The position numbers and the translations under genes are program-made. The notes below the pieces were generated by a model that did no database searches, was not told the DNA's origin, and worked only from the letters and a program-made list of their open reading frames with translations. Positions 45,359 through 57,000 of a stretch of DNA of 64,000 bases are shown here, piece after piece (positions within the stretch are counted from its first letter, which is position 1; each line of letters opens with the position of its first letter). Source of the stretch: an uncultured Solirubrobacterales bacterium (GTDB lineage: Bacteria > Actinomycetota > Thermoleophilia > Solirubrobacterales > Solirubrobacteraceae); assembly GCA_963779405.1 (NCBI GenBank), contig CAVZYF010000005.1:482721-546720 (forward strand). Direction: 5' to 3'.

Positions 45359-46976
45359 TCAGAACGTCGGCGCGTACTTGCCGAAGACGTCCTGCATCGC
45401 GCCGCAGACCTCGCCCAGAGAGCAGCGGTCCTTCAACGCCTGGCGGATCGCGGGCAGCAGGTTCTCCGAGCCACGCGCGACGGCGCGCAACTCCTCCAGG
45501 CGCTGCTCGACGAGCGCGAACGTCGCGGTTGGCCTTGAACTCGGCCAGGCGCGCGACCTGTTCGCGCTCGGACTCTGGGTCGACGCGCAGCAGGTCGGGG
45601 ACCTCGATGCCCTCTTCCTCGTAGGCGTTGACGCCGACGACGATGTCCTGGCCGATGCGGTAGCGCTCCTGGTAGCCCCACGCGGACTCGTCGATCTCGC
45701 CGGTGATGAACTGGATCGCGTTGACCGAGCCGCCGAGCGCGTCGACCTTGCCGATCAGCTCGTTCGCGCGCAGTTCGATCTCATCGGTCAGCGACTCGAC
45801 GTAAAAGGAGCCGGCGAACGGGTCGACGGTGTCGGCGGCGCCGGACTCCGCGGCGAGGATCTGCTGCGTGCGCAGCGCGATTTTGGCGGCCCGCTCGGTG
45901 GGCAGCGCCAGCGCCTCGTCGAAGCCGTTGGTGTGCAGCGACTGGGTGCCGCCGCAGACGGCGGCGAAGCCCTGCAAGGCAACCCGCACGATGTTGTTCT
46001 CGGGCTGCTGCGCGGTGAGCGTGACGCCGCCGGTCTGGGTGTGGAAGCGCAGCATCGTCGCCTTCGGGTTCGTGGCGCCGAAGCGCTCGCGCATGATCTG
46101 CGCCCACATGCGTCGCGCGGCGCGGAACTTGGCGACCTCCTGGAAGACGTTGTTGTGGCCGTTGAAGAAGAACGCCAGGCGCGGCGCGAACTCGTCGACC
46201 GAGAGGCCCGCGTCGATCGCGGCCTGGACGTAGGCGATCCCGGAGGACAGCGTGAAGGCGACCTCCTGCACGGCCGAGCAGCCCTTCTCGCGGAAGTGGT
46301 AGCCGGAGATCGAGATCGTGTTCCAGCGCGGGACGTGCTCGTGGCAGTACTGCGAACAGGTCGGTCGTCAGCCGCATCGTGGGCCCGCGGGCGGGTAGAT
46401 GTAGTTGCCGCGCGCGATGTACTCCTTGAGCACGTCGTTCTGGGTGGTGCCGCGAAGCTTCTCGGACGGCACGCCCTGCTCCTCGCCGACGAGCTCGTAG
46501 AGCAGAAGCAGGCAGGCGGCGGGCGCGTTGATCGTCATCGAGGTGGAGACCTGGTCGAGGGGGATCCCGTCGAAGGCGGTGCGCATGTCGTCGATCGTGT
46601 CGATCGCGACGCCGGTGCGGCCGACCTCGCCGAGGCAGCGCGGGTTGTCGGAGTCGAGGCCGAGCTGGGTGGGCAGGTCGAACGCCATCGACAGCCCGGT
46701 GGAGCCCTTGGAGAGCAGGTAGCGGTAGCGCTCGTTTGACTCCTTCGCGGAGGCGTAGCCGGCGTACTGGCGCATCGTCCAGGTCTGCTTGCGGTACATC
46801 TCGCGGTGTACGCCGCGCGTGTACGGGAAGTCACCCGGCTCGCCGAGTTCGAGCTGATCCGGCAGGTCCGCCTCGGTGTAGAGCTCTGAGATCTCGATCC
46901 CCGAGTCGGTGAAGCGACGCGGGTCCTCGGGCCCGACGATCGGGGCGACGGTCAGATGCTCGTCTGCCTGAGTCAT
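45359..46976 (-). CDS. Methylmalonyl-CoA mutase, large (substrate-binding) subunit (frameshifts)
   Basis: [50 protein letters not shown]; no C-terminal B12 domain. Confidence 0.93.
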
Positions 46977-46998
46977 GCCCGCAGGGTATCCTGCGGCA
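46977..46998. promoter_or_regulatory. Symmetric bidirectional leaderless promoter
   Basis: TATCCT-N6-ATG on + and TACCCT-N6-ATG on -, overlapping within 22 bp. Confidence 0.7.
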
Positions 46999-47941
46999 AT
47001 GTCCACCTGCTTGGTCACCGGCGGCGCCGGGTTCCTGGGCTCGCACCTGTGCGACGAGCTGCTGGCGCGCGGGAATCGGGTGATCTGCGTGGACAACCTG
47101 GAGACGGGCTCGCTGGCGAACATCGAGCACATCCGCGAGCCGGAGCGCTTTGAGCACCTCGGCATCGACATCATCGAGCCGTACTTCGTCGATGAGCCGG
47201 TCGACTTCGTCTACCACCTCGCCTCGCCGGCCTCGCCGATCGACTACCTGCGACTGCCGCTGCACACGTTGAAGGTCGGCTCCTACGGCACGCACCACAC
47301 GCTCGGCTGGCGAAGGCCAAGCGCGCGCGCTTCTCTGATCGCCTCGACGAGCGAGGTGTACGGCGACCCGCAGGTGCACCCGCAGACGGAGGGCTACTGG
47401 GGGCACGTCAACCCGATCGGGCCGCGCGGCGTGTACGACGAGGCCAAGCGCTACGCGGAGGCGCTGACGATGGCCTACCACCGCCAGCAGGGCGTGGACA
47501 CGGCGATCGTGCGGATCTTCAACACGTACGGCAATCGGATGCGCCCGCACGACGGCCGCGCGATCCCGACGTTCCTGCGCCAGGCGCTGGCGAACCGGCC
47601 GCTGACGGTGTTCGGCGACGGCGAGCCAGACGCGCTCGTTCTGCTACGTGAGCGACCTGATCCGGGGGCTGATCGCGCTGGCCGAGTCCGGGCACCACGA
47701 CCCGGTGAACATCGGCAACCCCGACGAGTTCACGCTGCTGGAGCTGGCGGAGACGATCAAGGAGCTGACGGGCTCGAGCTCGGAGATCGTCTACGAGGCG
47801 CTGCCGGAGGACGACCCGAAGCAGCGCAAGCCCGACATCACGCTCGCGAAAGACCTGCTGGGCTGGACGCCCGAGGTCACTTTGCGCGAAGGACTGCAGC
47901 GCACGATCGACGCCTCCGGCGCGAAGGTCCTGATCGGCTGA
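46999..47941 (+). CDS. UDP-glucuronate decarboxylase-family SDR (frameshifts)
   Basis: [53 protein letters not shown]. Confidence 0.93.
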
Positions 47942-48084
47942 GTCCGCTCGCAGCAACGGATCGCGAGCTGCCCCCCAGAGGCATCCTTTGCGTGGATTGG
48001 GGGTAGTGGGAGACGGATGGATGTTGGCTCGGACGGGTGGCACGACCGCTACATATGCGAGTCTGAGGCGTTGTGAAAGGCGAG

Positions 48085-49706
48085 ATGGGACCACGTTCTT
48101 CAGGAACGTCCGCTCCGCCGGTCCCCCGCCCACTGTCTTCGCGGAGGCGGACGGGCACCGTCATTGCGGGGCGCCCGGACGTTGAACGTTCCGGCGCGGC
48201 GAAGTCCGATGCGGCCAGGGCGACGCTGTCCGAGGCGACCGTCGCGCCGCGAGCCCTCCGACCGGGACATGCGCAGCAAGCGCCCGCCGGCGATGTCGTT
48301 TCTGCTGCGGATGGCCACGGCCAGGCGCGTGGCGCGCGTGCTCTCCCTGCTGGCGCTCGACTTCGTCGGCGTGGCGCTGGCGATCTTCACGGCGCTGGTG
48401 CTTGAAGGCGGCGGTGCTGGGTCATGTGGACGCGAGTCAGGCGTTTGAAGAAGCCAGACGGATCCTCGCCTTCGCCTATCTCGTGACCGCGCTGCTGTTC
48501 GCGCGCTCGGGCCTGTACGCCGAGCGCGCGCAGCGTCCCGGCCTGTCGCGGATCGTGGGGGCGCTGTTCCAGGTCGCGTTCGTCGCGCTGCTGTTCGCCG
48601 TCGTGAGCGGGGAACACTTCTCGAGCTTCTACATCTTCTGGGGCTCGCTGGCCTTCGCGCTGCTGTACGTGTCCTCGCTGCGCGGCGCCTACGAGTGGCT
48701 GACAGGAGCGCTGCTGCGCGCCGCCGGCTATCGCCGCCGCGCCGTGCTCGTGGGCACGGGCAAGCACATCCGCGACGTCGCCCATGCGCTCTCCGACGCG
48801 CCGCACTCGCCGATCGAGGTCGTCGGCTTCCTCTCGCCAAACGAGCTGCCCGCCAACGGCTTGCGCTCGCTGGGCTCGCTCGCAAAGCTGCAGGACGTGC
48901 TCGACACCGAACGGATCGACGAGGTGATCATCGCCGACCCGGACTTCCCGCAGGTCGAGGCCGTGGAGCTGGTCGACCATTGCCACCGGCGCGGGGTGCG
49001 CGTCAGGCTGGCGCCGTCGACGATGGAGATCCTGATCCACCGCGCCGAGTTCGTGCCGGGCCAGTCGGTGCCGCTGTTCGAGCTGAGCTCGCCCGTGTTC
49101 GAGGGGATCGACTTCGCGCTGAAGCGGACCTTCGACCTGGTCGGCGCGACGCTGCTGCTGGTGCTGCTGAGCCCGCTCCTGCTGGTGATCACGCTCGCCG
49201 TGAAGCTGTCCTCGCGCGGGCCGATCGTGTTCCGCTCGACGCGACGGGGGATCGGGCAAAGGCCGTTCGCGTGCCTGAAGTTCCGCACGATGCACACCGA
49301 CGCCGAGCAGCGCCAGGCGGACCTGGAAGAGCTGAACGAGGCCTCGGGGGCGTTGTTCAAGATCCGCGAGGACCCGCGCCTGACGCGCGTCGGGGGGCTA
49401 CTGCGACGCTACTCGTTGGACGAGCTGCCCCAGCTGGTGAACGTGCTGCGCGGGGAGATGTCACTCGTCGGGCCGAGACCGCTGCCGGAGCGCGATTACG
49501 AGATGCTCGAGGACTGGCACCGCAAGCGTTATCTGGTCCTTCCGGGGATCACCGGCCTATGGCAGGTCTCGGGCCGCTCGGAGCTCGACTTCGACGACCT
49601 CGTTCACCTCGACTTCATCTACCTCGAGCGCTGGTCGCTGGCGCTCGACTTGACGATCATCCTGAAGACGATCCCCGCTGTGATCATGCAGCGTGGGGCT
49701 TACTGA
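48085..49706 (+). CDS. Priming polyprenyl-phosphate sugar transferase (WcaJ/WbaP type; 5' frameshifts, start approximate)
   Basis: N-terminal TMs, KRTFD, KFRTM, EDPRLT..G, SLDELPQL.NV, MSLVGPRP, PGITGLWQVSGRS. Confidence 0.93.
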
Positions 49707-49756
49707 CGCGGGGAAGGTCGGGAGGGGGCCTGCCCCCCCGTGTATTAGCGCGGGGC

Positions 49757-50686
49757 CTACTGGCAGCCCGCGAGCGCTTCTTCGTAGACACCCCAGGTCG
49801 CGCGCCCTGCGTCCCGCCACGTCCAGGCGGGCGGTGGCGGCGCTGGGCGGCTGGAGGTCTCGGCGGCGAGGATCAAAGCCTTTAGGTCACCGGCCTGCAC
49901 AAACGTGGCGCGCTCGTCAAGGACCTCGCGCAGCGCAGGAACCTCACAGGCGACGACCGGCGTGCCACAGGCCAGCGCCTCGACCGCCGGCAGGCCGAAG
50001 CCCTCGTCCTCGGAGGGAAGCACGAGCGCGTGCGCGCCGGAGTAGATCGCGGCGAGGTGCTCGTCGGAGACGTGCCCGGTGAGCGTCACGTCGGGCAGCT
50101 CGTGCGCCCAGGGACGCGTGGGCCCGACGAGCACGAGCGGCAGCTCGTGGGGTGTGGCAGCGAGCTTGGCGACGAGCTTGCGCGGGTCGGGATGCTGCAG
50201 GCCACCGACCCACACCAGATAGCGCTCGGGCAGCGAGAAGCGCGCCCGCGCCTGCGCGATCTCACCGGCCGGGCGCGGATACATCATCGAGTCGGGCGCC
50301 TCGGCGATCACGACGACGCGCTCAGGCTCGAGGCGCAGGCGCTCGATCGCGTCGCGGGCAACGGCCTCGGTGGGCACGATCACCCGCATCGCGCGCTGCA
50401 CGGCGAGCTGGCGCAGACGTAGCCGCACACCCATTCGCAGGTGCTCTGAGCGGCGCTTGAGCGCCGCGAGGTCGTGCAGCGTGACGACCATCGGACACGG
50501 GCTGCGCAGCATCGCGCCCTCCATCCACGGCGCGTGGAAGACATCGGATGCGTGGCACGGGCGGTGGGTCTCCTCGATCTCGGCCTCTCCGGCGGCGGTG
50601 TCGCGCAGCGCGTCGAGCAGACAGCGTGAGTAGCGTCCGACGCCACGCGGGTCGGCGGCGGGGCGGCTGTCGAAGGCGACCCTCAC
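49757..50686 (-). CDS. Glycosyltransferase family 4 (MtfB-like)
   Basis: GVGRY, VVTLHD, LPSEDEGFGLPAVEALACG. Confidence 0.88.
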   Translation of the reverse strand: MRVAFDSRPAADPRGVGRYSRCLLDALRDTAAGEAEIEETHRPCHASDVFHAPWMEGAMLRSPCPMVVTLHDLAALKRRSEHLRMGVRLRLRQLAVQRAMRVIVPTEAVARDAIERLRLEPERVVVIAEAPDSMMYPRPAGEIAQARARFSLPERYLVWVGGLQHPDPRKLVAKLAATPHELPLVLVGPTRPWAHELPDVTLTGHVSDEHLAAIYSGAHALVLPSEDEGFGLPAVEALACGTPVVACEVPALREVLDERATFVQAGDLKALILAAETSSRPAPPPPAWTWRDAGRATWGVYEEALAGCQ

Positions 50687-50854
50687 GAGCGGCTCGTCGA
50701 TTCTCGCGCGATGTTCACAGCGTCCCCGGGGAATGCACGCAAGGCAAGATAGTCGGTTCGGCGCAGGAATGGATGAGATGACAGCCGCTGCACGCTTCTG
50801 TCCCGAGACCGCATTTGCGACCGTCGGGTCGCACGGTCTAGCCTTGCCCGACGA

Positions 50855-51491
50855 ATGTCCGCAGAGCGAGCGACTATCACGAGGCTCTGTGGGAGGCGTG
50901 TGCCGGAGGGCTTGAGCTCGGCTCGAGTTCGCGCGGCGCACGCGACTTTCTGCTCGGGCACGTGCCTGCGCGGCGCGCGGGTGCCTCGACGTGGGCTGCG
51001 GCGAGGGGCATTTCGCCGCCGAGCTCGCCCGCGCGGGGGCTGAGGTGGTGGGGATCGACGTCGCTGCCGAGCCGCTGCGGCGCGCGCGTGAGCGCCACCC
51101 CGAGCTCGACCTGCGGCAGATGGCCGCCGAAGGAGCCTGGCCGCTAGAGGACGCGAGCTTCGACGCGGTCTGGGCGGGCGAGGTGATCGAGCACGTCGCC
51201 GACACCGCCGGTTGGCTGTCGGAGGCGCGCCGGGTGCTGCGCTCCGGCGGCAGTCTGCTGCTGAGCACGCCTGACCACGGGCGCCTGCGAATGCTCCGCT
51301 GGGCGCTTGCGCCACGCGCGTTCGAGGCCCACTTCGACCCCCGCGCCGACCACCTGCGCTTCTACAGGAGCCGCACCCTCACCGAGCTACTCGAGGATTT
51401 CGGCTTTCACGACGTCGAAGTGCGGCGCGCCGCAGGACTGCCCTGCGTGCGGCGAGAGCTGCTGGCGAGCGCACGGCGGTCACGCTTTTGA
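50855..51491 (+). CDS. Class I SAM-dependent methyltransferase (5' frameshifts)
   Basis: LDVGCGEG, VGIDV, SFDAVWAGEVIEH, RVLRSGG.L.LSTP. Confidence 0.85.
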
Positions 51492-53872
51492 CGCCGGCAG
51501 GCGAGCGCACGATGGCTTTGACTCTCCTCGGCGAGCGCACCACGGTCACGTGCCTGACGCTCGCCGACGATGTCGTCGTCTCGCGCAGCGCCTGGATGTA
51601 GGCGTTCTGGATCGCAAGCAGTTCTGGGTCGTACTGGATCACCGACAGCGGCGCGACCGCCTCGGGGTTCAGGTAGACGGTGGCGCGCAGCTCGTTCAGC
51701 GCGGCCGTGGGGTTACCGTTGCGCAGGTCGTATTCGCCTAGCGCCTTCCAGGTCTGCGGGTTGGACGGCTGCAGGTGCACCGCCCGCACGAGCGTGGCGC
51801 GCGCCAGTGCGCTTTCACCGGCGTGCTGCTGGATCGTGGAGAGCGTGAACAGGGCTTCCGCGGAGACCGGGTCGTAGTCGACGGCGTTCTGCGCTGCCGC
51901 GCGGGCGGCGGCTGGATCGCGCGCGCTCAGCGCCAGCGCTTCCTGGGAGGCATCGGCCGAGCGCTGCGGCTGCCACTGCGCCCAGGCGGCGAGCAACGCC
52001 GCGACCACGACGGCCGCGGCAATACCCAGGCGTAGTGGGCCGACCTCGTGTAGGGGAGGTGGGTGGGAGCTCTCTCCGTCCTCTGCGCCGTAGAGTCGCT
52101 GTGCTTCGGAGGGCAGTCGCGCGCCTTCGGATCCGGCCGGAGCGGCAAGGGCAGCGGCGCTGAAGAGCTCATCCGCGGCTGAGAGACCGCCGTCGGCTGC
52201 GAGCTCACCACCCGTCGTCAGCAGTGGACCGCGGCCGGCGAGCCAGCCCGCGCAGAGCAGGGCCACGCAAGCGTCGCCGGGCACGAACCAGGTCCAGTCC
52301 ACCGTCGAATGGACGCCGAATACGACCACGAGGCAGAGCATGCTCAGCATTCCGATCCGCTCGGGTGTGTAAGGCATCGGCGTGGGCTGCCAACGCCAGC
52401 TCGTCCAGCGTCGGTTGAAGGGGTGGGTGCAACGTCCTGCCGCGGCCATCCAGGTGACGAACAGCGCGAGGGCGATCGCCAGCCCCACCAGGCCCAGATC
52501 GGACAGGGTCTGGACGACGAAGCCGTGGGCATCGTTGGCTTCCAGATCCTCGGTGCGGTGGCGCAGCCGGGCCGTTCCGTAGCTCCGCGCGCCGGCCCCG
52601 AGGACGGGATAGGCCTGGAAAACCTCCAGCGCCTCGTTCCAGTAGCGTGCGCGGACGCTGCCGATCGCCGTCAGGCGACCGGGGGTGTTGGCGGGGACCG
52701 CGGCGTGGGTATTGGTGAGCGAGTTGAAACCGTGGGAGATGCTGCCGGGAAGCCCACGGTGGCTGGCGGCAAGCGCTCCCGCGAAGGAGATCACGGAGAG
52801 CGCGAGAATGCTCAGTAGGACTGCCCCGGCGTTATAGCGCGTAACGCGCGAGAGCGGGCGGCGGTCAGTGGAGAAGCCGATCGCCACTCCGACGATCGCG
52901 AGCAGGACGAGCATCGCGACCAGCAGCACGCCGAGTTGGCGCCCGGCGATCACTCGCGCGTGGAGCACGACGCTTTCGGCGCTGAGCGCATGCTCTGGAG
53001 AAGTCCCACGCCACCACGAGCCCGGCGCCGACCGCGCCGGTGAGCAGTACGGCGGCGCCACGCAGGCGCAGCGGCACGACGACGAACCACAGCGCCAGGC
53101 CGAGTGCCAGGGCAACCAGCGCGCCGCGCGAGTAGGCGAGCATCAATGCGACGAGCAGCAGGCCCGTCGCCGGGTAGGCGAGCGCGCTCAGCAGCGCGTG
53201 TCCGGCCCGTCGTGCCCCCAGCCAGAGGCAGCCGATCACGCCCATCGCGGCGGTCAGGCCGGTCGCGTTCCAGTAGCCGTACGGCGCCTGCAGGCGCGCG
53301 TAGATGTCGTGGGCATCGAGCGAGGAGGGAAACACCTTCGTCAGCAGCGCATAACCGCACACCACGACGGCCGCGAGCGTCACTCCGCCGATCACGGCGG
53401 GCCAGCGCTCCGGCGCGGCACGGGCAAGGACGACGGCGGCGCCGAAGACGGCGCTGTAGGCGAACATCAGCCCAGCGTTCTGCCAGCTGGCATCGGGTTG
53501 CACCGACCACACCACCGAGAGCGCGCTCAGCGACGCGAACGCGAGCAGCAACCCCACCGGCCACAGCCCGTATACGCGTCTGCCCCTGGGTGTGAGGATC
53601 ACCGCGGCGGCGACGATCGCGCCGCAGCCGAGCGTGAGGATGATCTCCATCGTGGTCGCCTGCTGAACAGGCGGGAGACCGCCTCCGGCGAAAAAGGTGA
53701 TGAAGCAGAAGATCGCGGCACTCGTCAGCGTTAGCAGCCACATCGACGCTCGATCTCCGATTGGTGGGCGCCGCGAAGAGCGTGGGCGAGGGCCTCCCGC
53801 ACGCTCGTCGGTGCGCATGGGAGCGAGGCCCGCCGCCGGGGCGGGGTCAGGTGTCGTGGCGGTCGCCGACAC
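51379..53872 (-). CDS. O-antigen ligase / Wzy_C-domain membrane protein with C-terminal TPR region (frameshift ~53000; 3' end uncertain)
   Basis: Many TMs; RLQAPYGYWNA, YSRGA, R.RYW...PVLGAG...AHG..Q.L.DLG..G, HSTVDW; TPR-like DPVSAEA, QPSNPQTW. Confidence 0.85.
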
Positions 53873-54398
53873 GATTTCGTAGCACTCCCCCCGCGAGCGC
53901 CACCGCGCACGCGAACAGGAACAGGAGGACTGCCAGCAGGGCGCTGGGCAGCGAGCTGAAGGCGGATGCGATGTCGGCGTGCACGACGCCTGGGCGGATC
54001 ACCTGGTCACCGAGGAGCAGTGGAGCCGCACCGGCGCTCGCCGCGCGGTTGAGCTCGCGTTGCTCGGCTGGGGTGGCGGGCGTGGTGACGGTCGTGGAGC
54101 CCCCGCCGCTCGTGGAGCCCCCGCCACTGCTGCCCGATCCTCCGCGCGAGCCGGCGGCGGCAAGCTGGGCTTGATGGATCAGGCTGGCGCAGTCGCTGTA
54201 CTCTTCGGTGCTCGTTTCCAGCTCTTTCAACGCCTTGTTGTAGTCCTTTTGGGTGAAGCCGCTGAGCGATTCGCCGTGAGTACACCTGAGGATGATCTTT
54301 TCGCCGATGTCTGCCTGTGCGAGCGCTGTGAACGAGAGGAGCGCGATCGGCAGCGCGACAGCCAAAGCGCGCGCATACGTGAGAGAGACGATTCTCAT
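53847..54398 (-). CDS. Small secreted, C-terminally anchored protein with Cys pair and Gly/Ser/Thr-rich linker
   Basis: Signal peptide ending AQA; C..C helical domain; GSRGGSGSSGGGSTSGGGSTTVTTP; TM followed by RNR. Confidence 0.75.
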   Translation of the reverse strand: MRIVSLTYARALAVALPIALLSFTALAQADIGEKIILRCTHGESLSGFTQKDYNKALKELETSTEEYSDCASLIHQAQLAAAGSRGGSGSSGGGSTSGGGSTTVTTPATPAEQRELNRAASAGAAPLLLGDQVIRPGVVHADIASAFSSLPSALLAVLLFLFACAVALAGGVLRNRVGDRHDT

Positions 54399-54547
54399 GA
54401 TTGAGCGAGATAACGCTACCAACGCTTCCGGGCGAGGTGGCGAGGTGGGCGAACCGACGGCCGGAGTCCCCGCAACCCACTGCTCCCTGTTGATCGGTTG
54501 CCGTCCGCCGCACCTTCGTCGCCCGATGATCGAACCGACCGGCAGCC

Positions 54548-55702
54548 TCAATGTCTCCGGGAGAGGCCGAGGCTGGCCAGCGCACTCGAGAAGCCATCGG
54601 CCCAGGCGTCGTAGGTGTAGGCGCGTACATCCTGTGCGCCGGCCTCGCCAAATTGTGCTCGCAACTCTGGCTCGGCGGCAAGTCGGTTGATCGCCTCGGC
54701 GAGCGCGTCGCGCTCGCCCGCTGGGACAACCAGGCCGTTGTGTCCGTCGCGAACCAGCCCGCCCGCGACGGCCCCTACGGCGTCGGTAGCAATCACCGGC
54801 AGTCCCTGGTTCATCGCCTCGTTGACCACGAGACCCCACGGCTCGCGAAACGTGGGTGTGGCGATTGACGGCACGACCAGGACATCGCAGGCGGCGTAGA
54901 TACTGCGCAGCTGCACCGGCGGGATGGGATCCATCCAGAGAATCCCATCCCGTGCATCTCCCGCCGCGCCGCCGGTGGGGACCCGAGGGGGATTGGATCC
55001 CGCGCCGACGAGGACGAGCGCGGCGGGCGGGGCTTGAAGGCCCGTTGTGCGCCAGGCCTCGTACAGCACCCTCAATCCCTTTTCCCGGGAGGGACGACCT
55101 ACAAACAGGAACTTTGTCGCCGCTTGCTCGGGCCAATCCGACCGATCGGCGGCGGCAGCGCAGCCAAGAGTCGGCCACTGCGGCGGAGCGATCTCGCGGG
55201 CGCGCCAGAAGGCGTTGTCCACGGCCTGTGGGGCGATGTGAACGTTGTGCGCGCCGCGGGCGCGGACATAGGCGCTGACATGCGGTCCGTAGGTGACGAC
55301 CGCGTCCGCAGAGCGGTAGAGACGCCGCAGCGCGAGGAAGCTGAGCACGTGTGCGGCGCTGCGTGGGTGCGCCCACAGCGAGGTCCACAGGATCAGCGCC
55401 GTCCTGGCGCGACGCTCGCCCGCCCAACTCGCGCCCAGTGCGATGCGCCCGCCGCTGGAGCAGATGACGGCGCGATAGCGTCCGCTCGCGGCGAGCGTCA
55501 GCGGCTCGTGTTGGCGAATGTGCCGGTGCGGGAAGGGCAGATCTCCCTCGAAGGCGCCTCCGCCGTGCTTGGAGCGCCCTCCGAACAGCGCGAACTCGAC
55601 GTTCTCCACTTCATGTAGGCGTGCGAAGGCGCCGACGCGGTCGGGCGGGGCGTGCCCGGTGACGAACAGGACGGGCTTCGTTTGGATGCGAGGGTGTGTC
55701 AT
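54548..55702 (-). CDS. Glycosyltransferase family 4
   Basis: FVGR..EKG, EPWGLVVNEAM.QGLPV. Confidence 0.9.
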   Translation of the reverse strand: MTHPRIQTKPVLFVTGHAPPDRVGAFARLHEVENVEFALFGGRSKHGGGAFEGDLPFPHRHIRQHEPLTLAASGRYRAVICSSGGRIALGASWAGERRARTALILWTSLWAHPRSAAHVLSFLALRRLYRSADAVVTYGPHVSAYVRARGAHNVHIAPQAVDNAFWRAREIAPPQWPTLGCAAAADRSDWPEQAATKFLFVGRPSREKGLRVLYEAWRTTGLQAPPAALVLVGAGSNPPRVPTGGAAGDARDGILWMDPIPPVQLRSIYAACDVLVVPSIATPTFREPWGLVVNEAMNQGLPVIATDAVGAVAGGLVRDGHNGLVVPAGERDALAEAINRLAAEPELRAQFGEAGAQDVRAYTYDAWADGFSSALASLGLSRRH

Positions 55703-55727
55703 CGAGGTGCACCGCCGGCTGAACGGT

Positions 55728-56972
55728 TCATCGCAGCGCGTGCGCGTAGGCGGCGAGCGTCTGCTCGCCGCAGCGCTCCCAGGTGAAGCTGGCGGCGACG
55801 GTCGCACGTGCGCGCTGGGAGGCCTCGCGCAGCCGATGAGGGTCAGACAGGAGCTCGTCGATGCGCTGCGAGAGCCGCTCGATGTCGCCGGGGGGCACGA
55901 GCATGAAGCCGTCGCCGGCTGCGGCGATCTCCTCGGGCCCGGGCTCGCCGCGGCAGCCGATTGCGGGCAGGCCGCCGGCCATCGCCTCGATATAGGCCAC
56001 CCCGAACGCCTCCTCGGTAGAGGGCATCACGAACAACGTGCAGCCCCGTGCCTGTTCGATCGCCTGCTTGGGTGGCAGCTGTCCGTGGAACTCGACTCGC
56101 TCGGTGATCCCTAGACGGGCCGCGAGCCCCTCGAGCGCAACCCGCTCGGGGCCTTCGCCGATGATCTTGTAGCGCAGTGTCGGATGGCGCTGGGAAAGCA
56201 CGGCCAGCGCGCGCAGGACGTCGGCGTGGCGCTTACGTGCAACCAGGTGCGCGACCGTCACGAGCATTGGACGGGGCGGGCCCTCCATCCCCATTCTCGC
56301 CATCCCCGCCCGCCCTGGCGATTCCGTGCGTCGTGACGAATGCCGGGGGCTGGGTAGATCGGCGCCGAGATGCACCACACGCGTCTCGTCGGCGCCATGT
56401 GCGCGCGAGAGCTCGGCGATTCCACGGCTGTTGGCGAGCACCAAGCGCGCCGCGCCCAGCCCGCGCGCCACCGCCGCGGCGCCCGCGGCGCTACCGGTCG
56501 GCGGATCGGCTGCCGTGTAAAACACGTCGCCTCCATGCACCGAGACCACCAACGGCACGTCCACGCGTGCACGGCGCACGGCGTCGCCGGCCGGCACGGC
56601 GTTGTGGGCGTGAATCAGGTCGAATCCAAACGAGCGACGCAGCCGGCGCAGCGCCAGCCCGAGAGTCGGTGCCGCCCACGCTCCCCATGTCGCATAGGAG
56701 CCTGAGCGGGGGGGCGATAAGTAGGGGACATAGGAGATATCGAGGCCGTCGTGTGTCTGCTTGCGAGGCTCGCGCACGAGCTTTCTCAGTGCGTCCGCGG
56801 CCCCGCTCGGGCCGTCTGCGAACGAGGCGCGCGGAGGGACGAGGCGATGCAGGACGAGGACGCGCACCTCCGCGCCCCCGTCGCGCGCGGCGAGCGCCTG
56901 GCGGTGCGCCCAGACGCCCAGTACCGGGTCGCCCTGGCGCGGGTAGAACTCGGCTACGACGGCGACCTTCAT
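55728..56972 (-). CDS. Glycosyltransferase family 4 (TuaC-like)
   Basis: IHAHN, VHGGD, RKRH, EAFGVAYIEAMA. Confidence 0.9.
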   Translation of the reverse strand: MKVAVVAEFYPRQGDPVLGVWAHRQALAARDGGAEVRVLVLHRLVPPRASFADGPSGAADALRKLVREPRKQTHDGLDISYVPYLSPPRSGSYATWGAWAAPTLGLALRRLRRSFGFDLIHAHNAVPAGDAVRRARVDVPLVVSVHGGDVFYTAADPPTGSAAGAAAVARGLGAARLVLANSRGIAELSRAHGADETRVVHLGADLPSPRHSSRRTESPGRAGMARMGMEGPPRPMLVTVAHLVARKRHADVLRALAVLSQRHPTLRYKIIGEGPERVALEGLAARLGITERVEFHGQLPPKQAIEQARGCTLFVMPSTEEAFGVAYIEAMAGGLPAIGCRGEPGPEEIAAAGDGFMLVPPGDIERLSQRIDELLSDPHRLREASQRARATVAASFTWERCGEQTLAAYAHALR

Positions 56973-57000
56973 GACTCGCTCGCGACCCACATGTCGACTT

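Noticed and set aside
48087-48125. Hairpin GGGACC-ACGTTC/GAACGT-GGTCCC as a possible riboswitch
   Set aside because: Overlaps the likely N-terminal coding region of the priming transferase; no recognisable riboswitch consensus (Rfam scan not run)
51464-51540. Three GGCGAGCGCAC copies spaced 36 and 30 bp (CRISPR-like look)
   Set aside because: Only 11 bp long, in-frame spacing (VRSP peptide repeats on the minus strand), and no cas genes
54399-54547. 149-bp intergenic region as a possible ncRNA
   Set aside because: No convincing stem set or known motif; only a TAGCGT -10-like box on the minus strand
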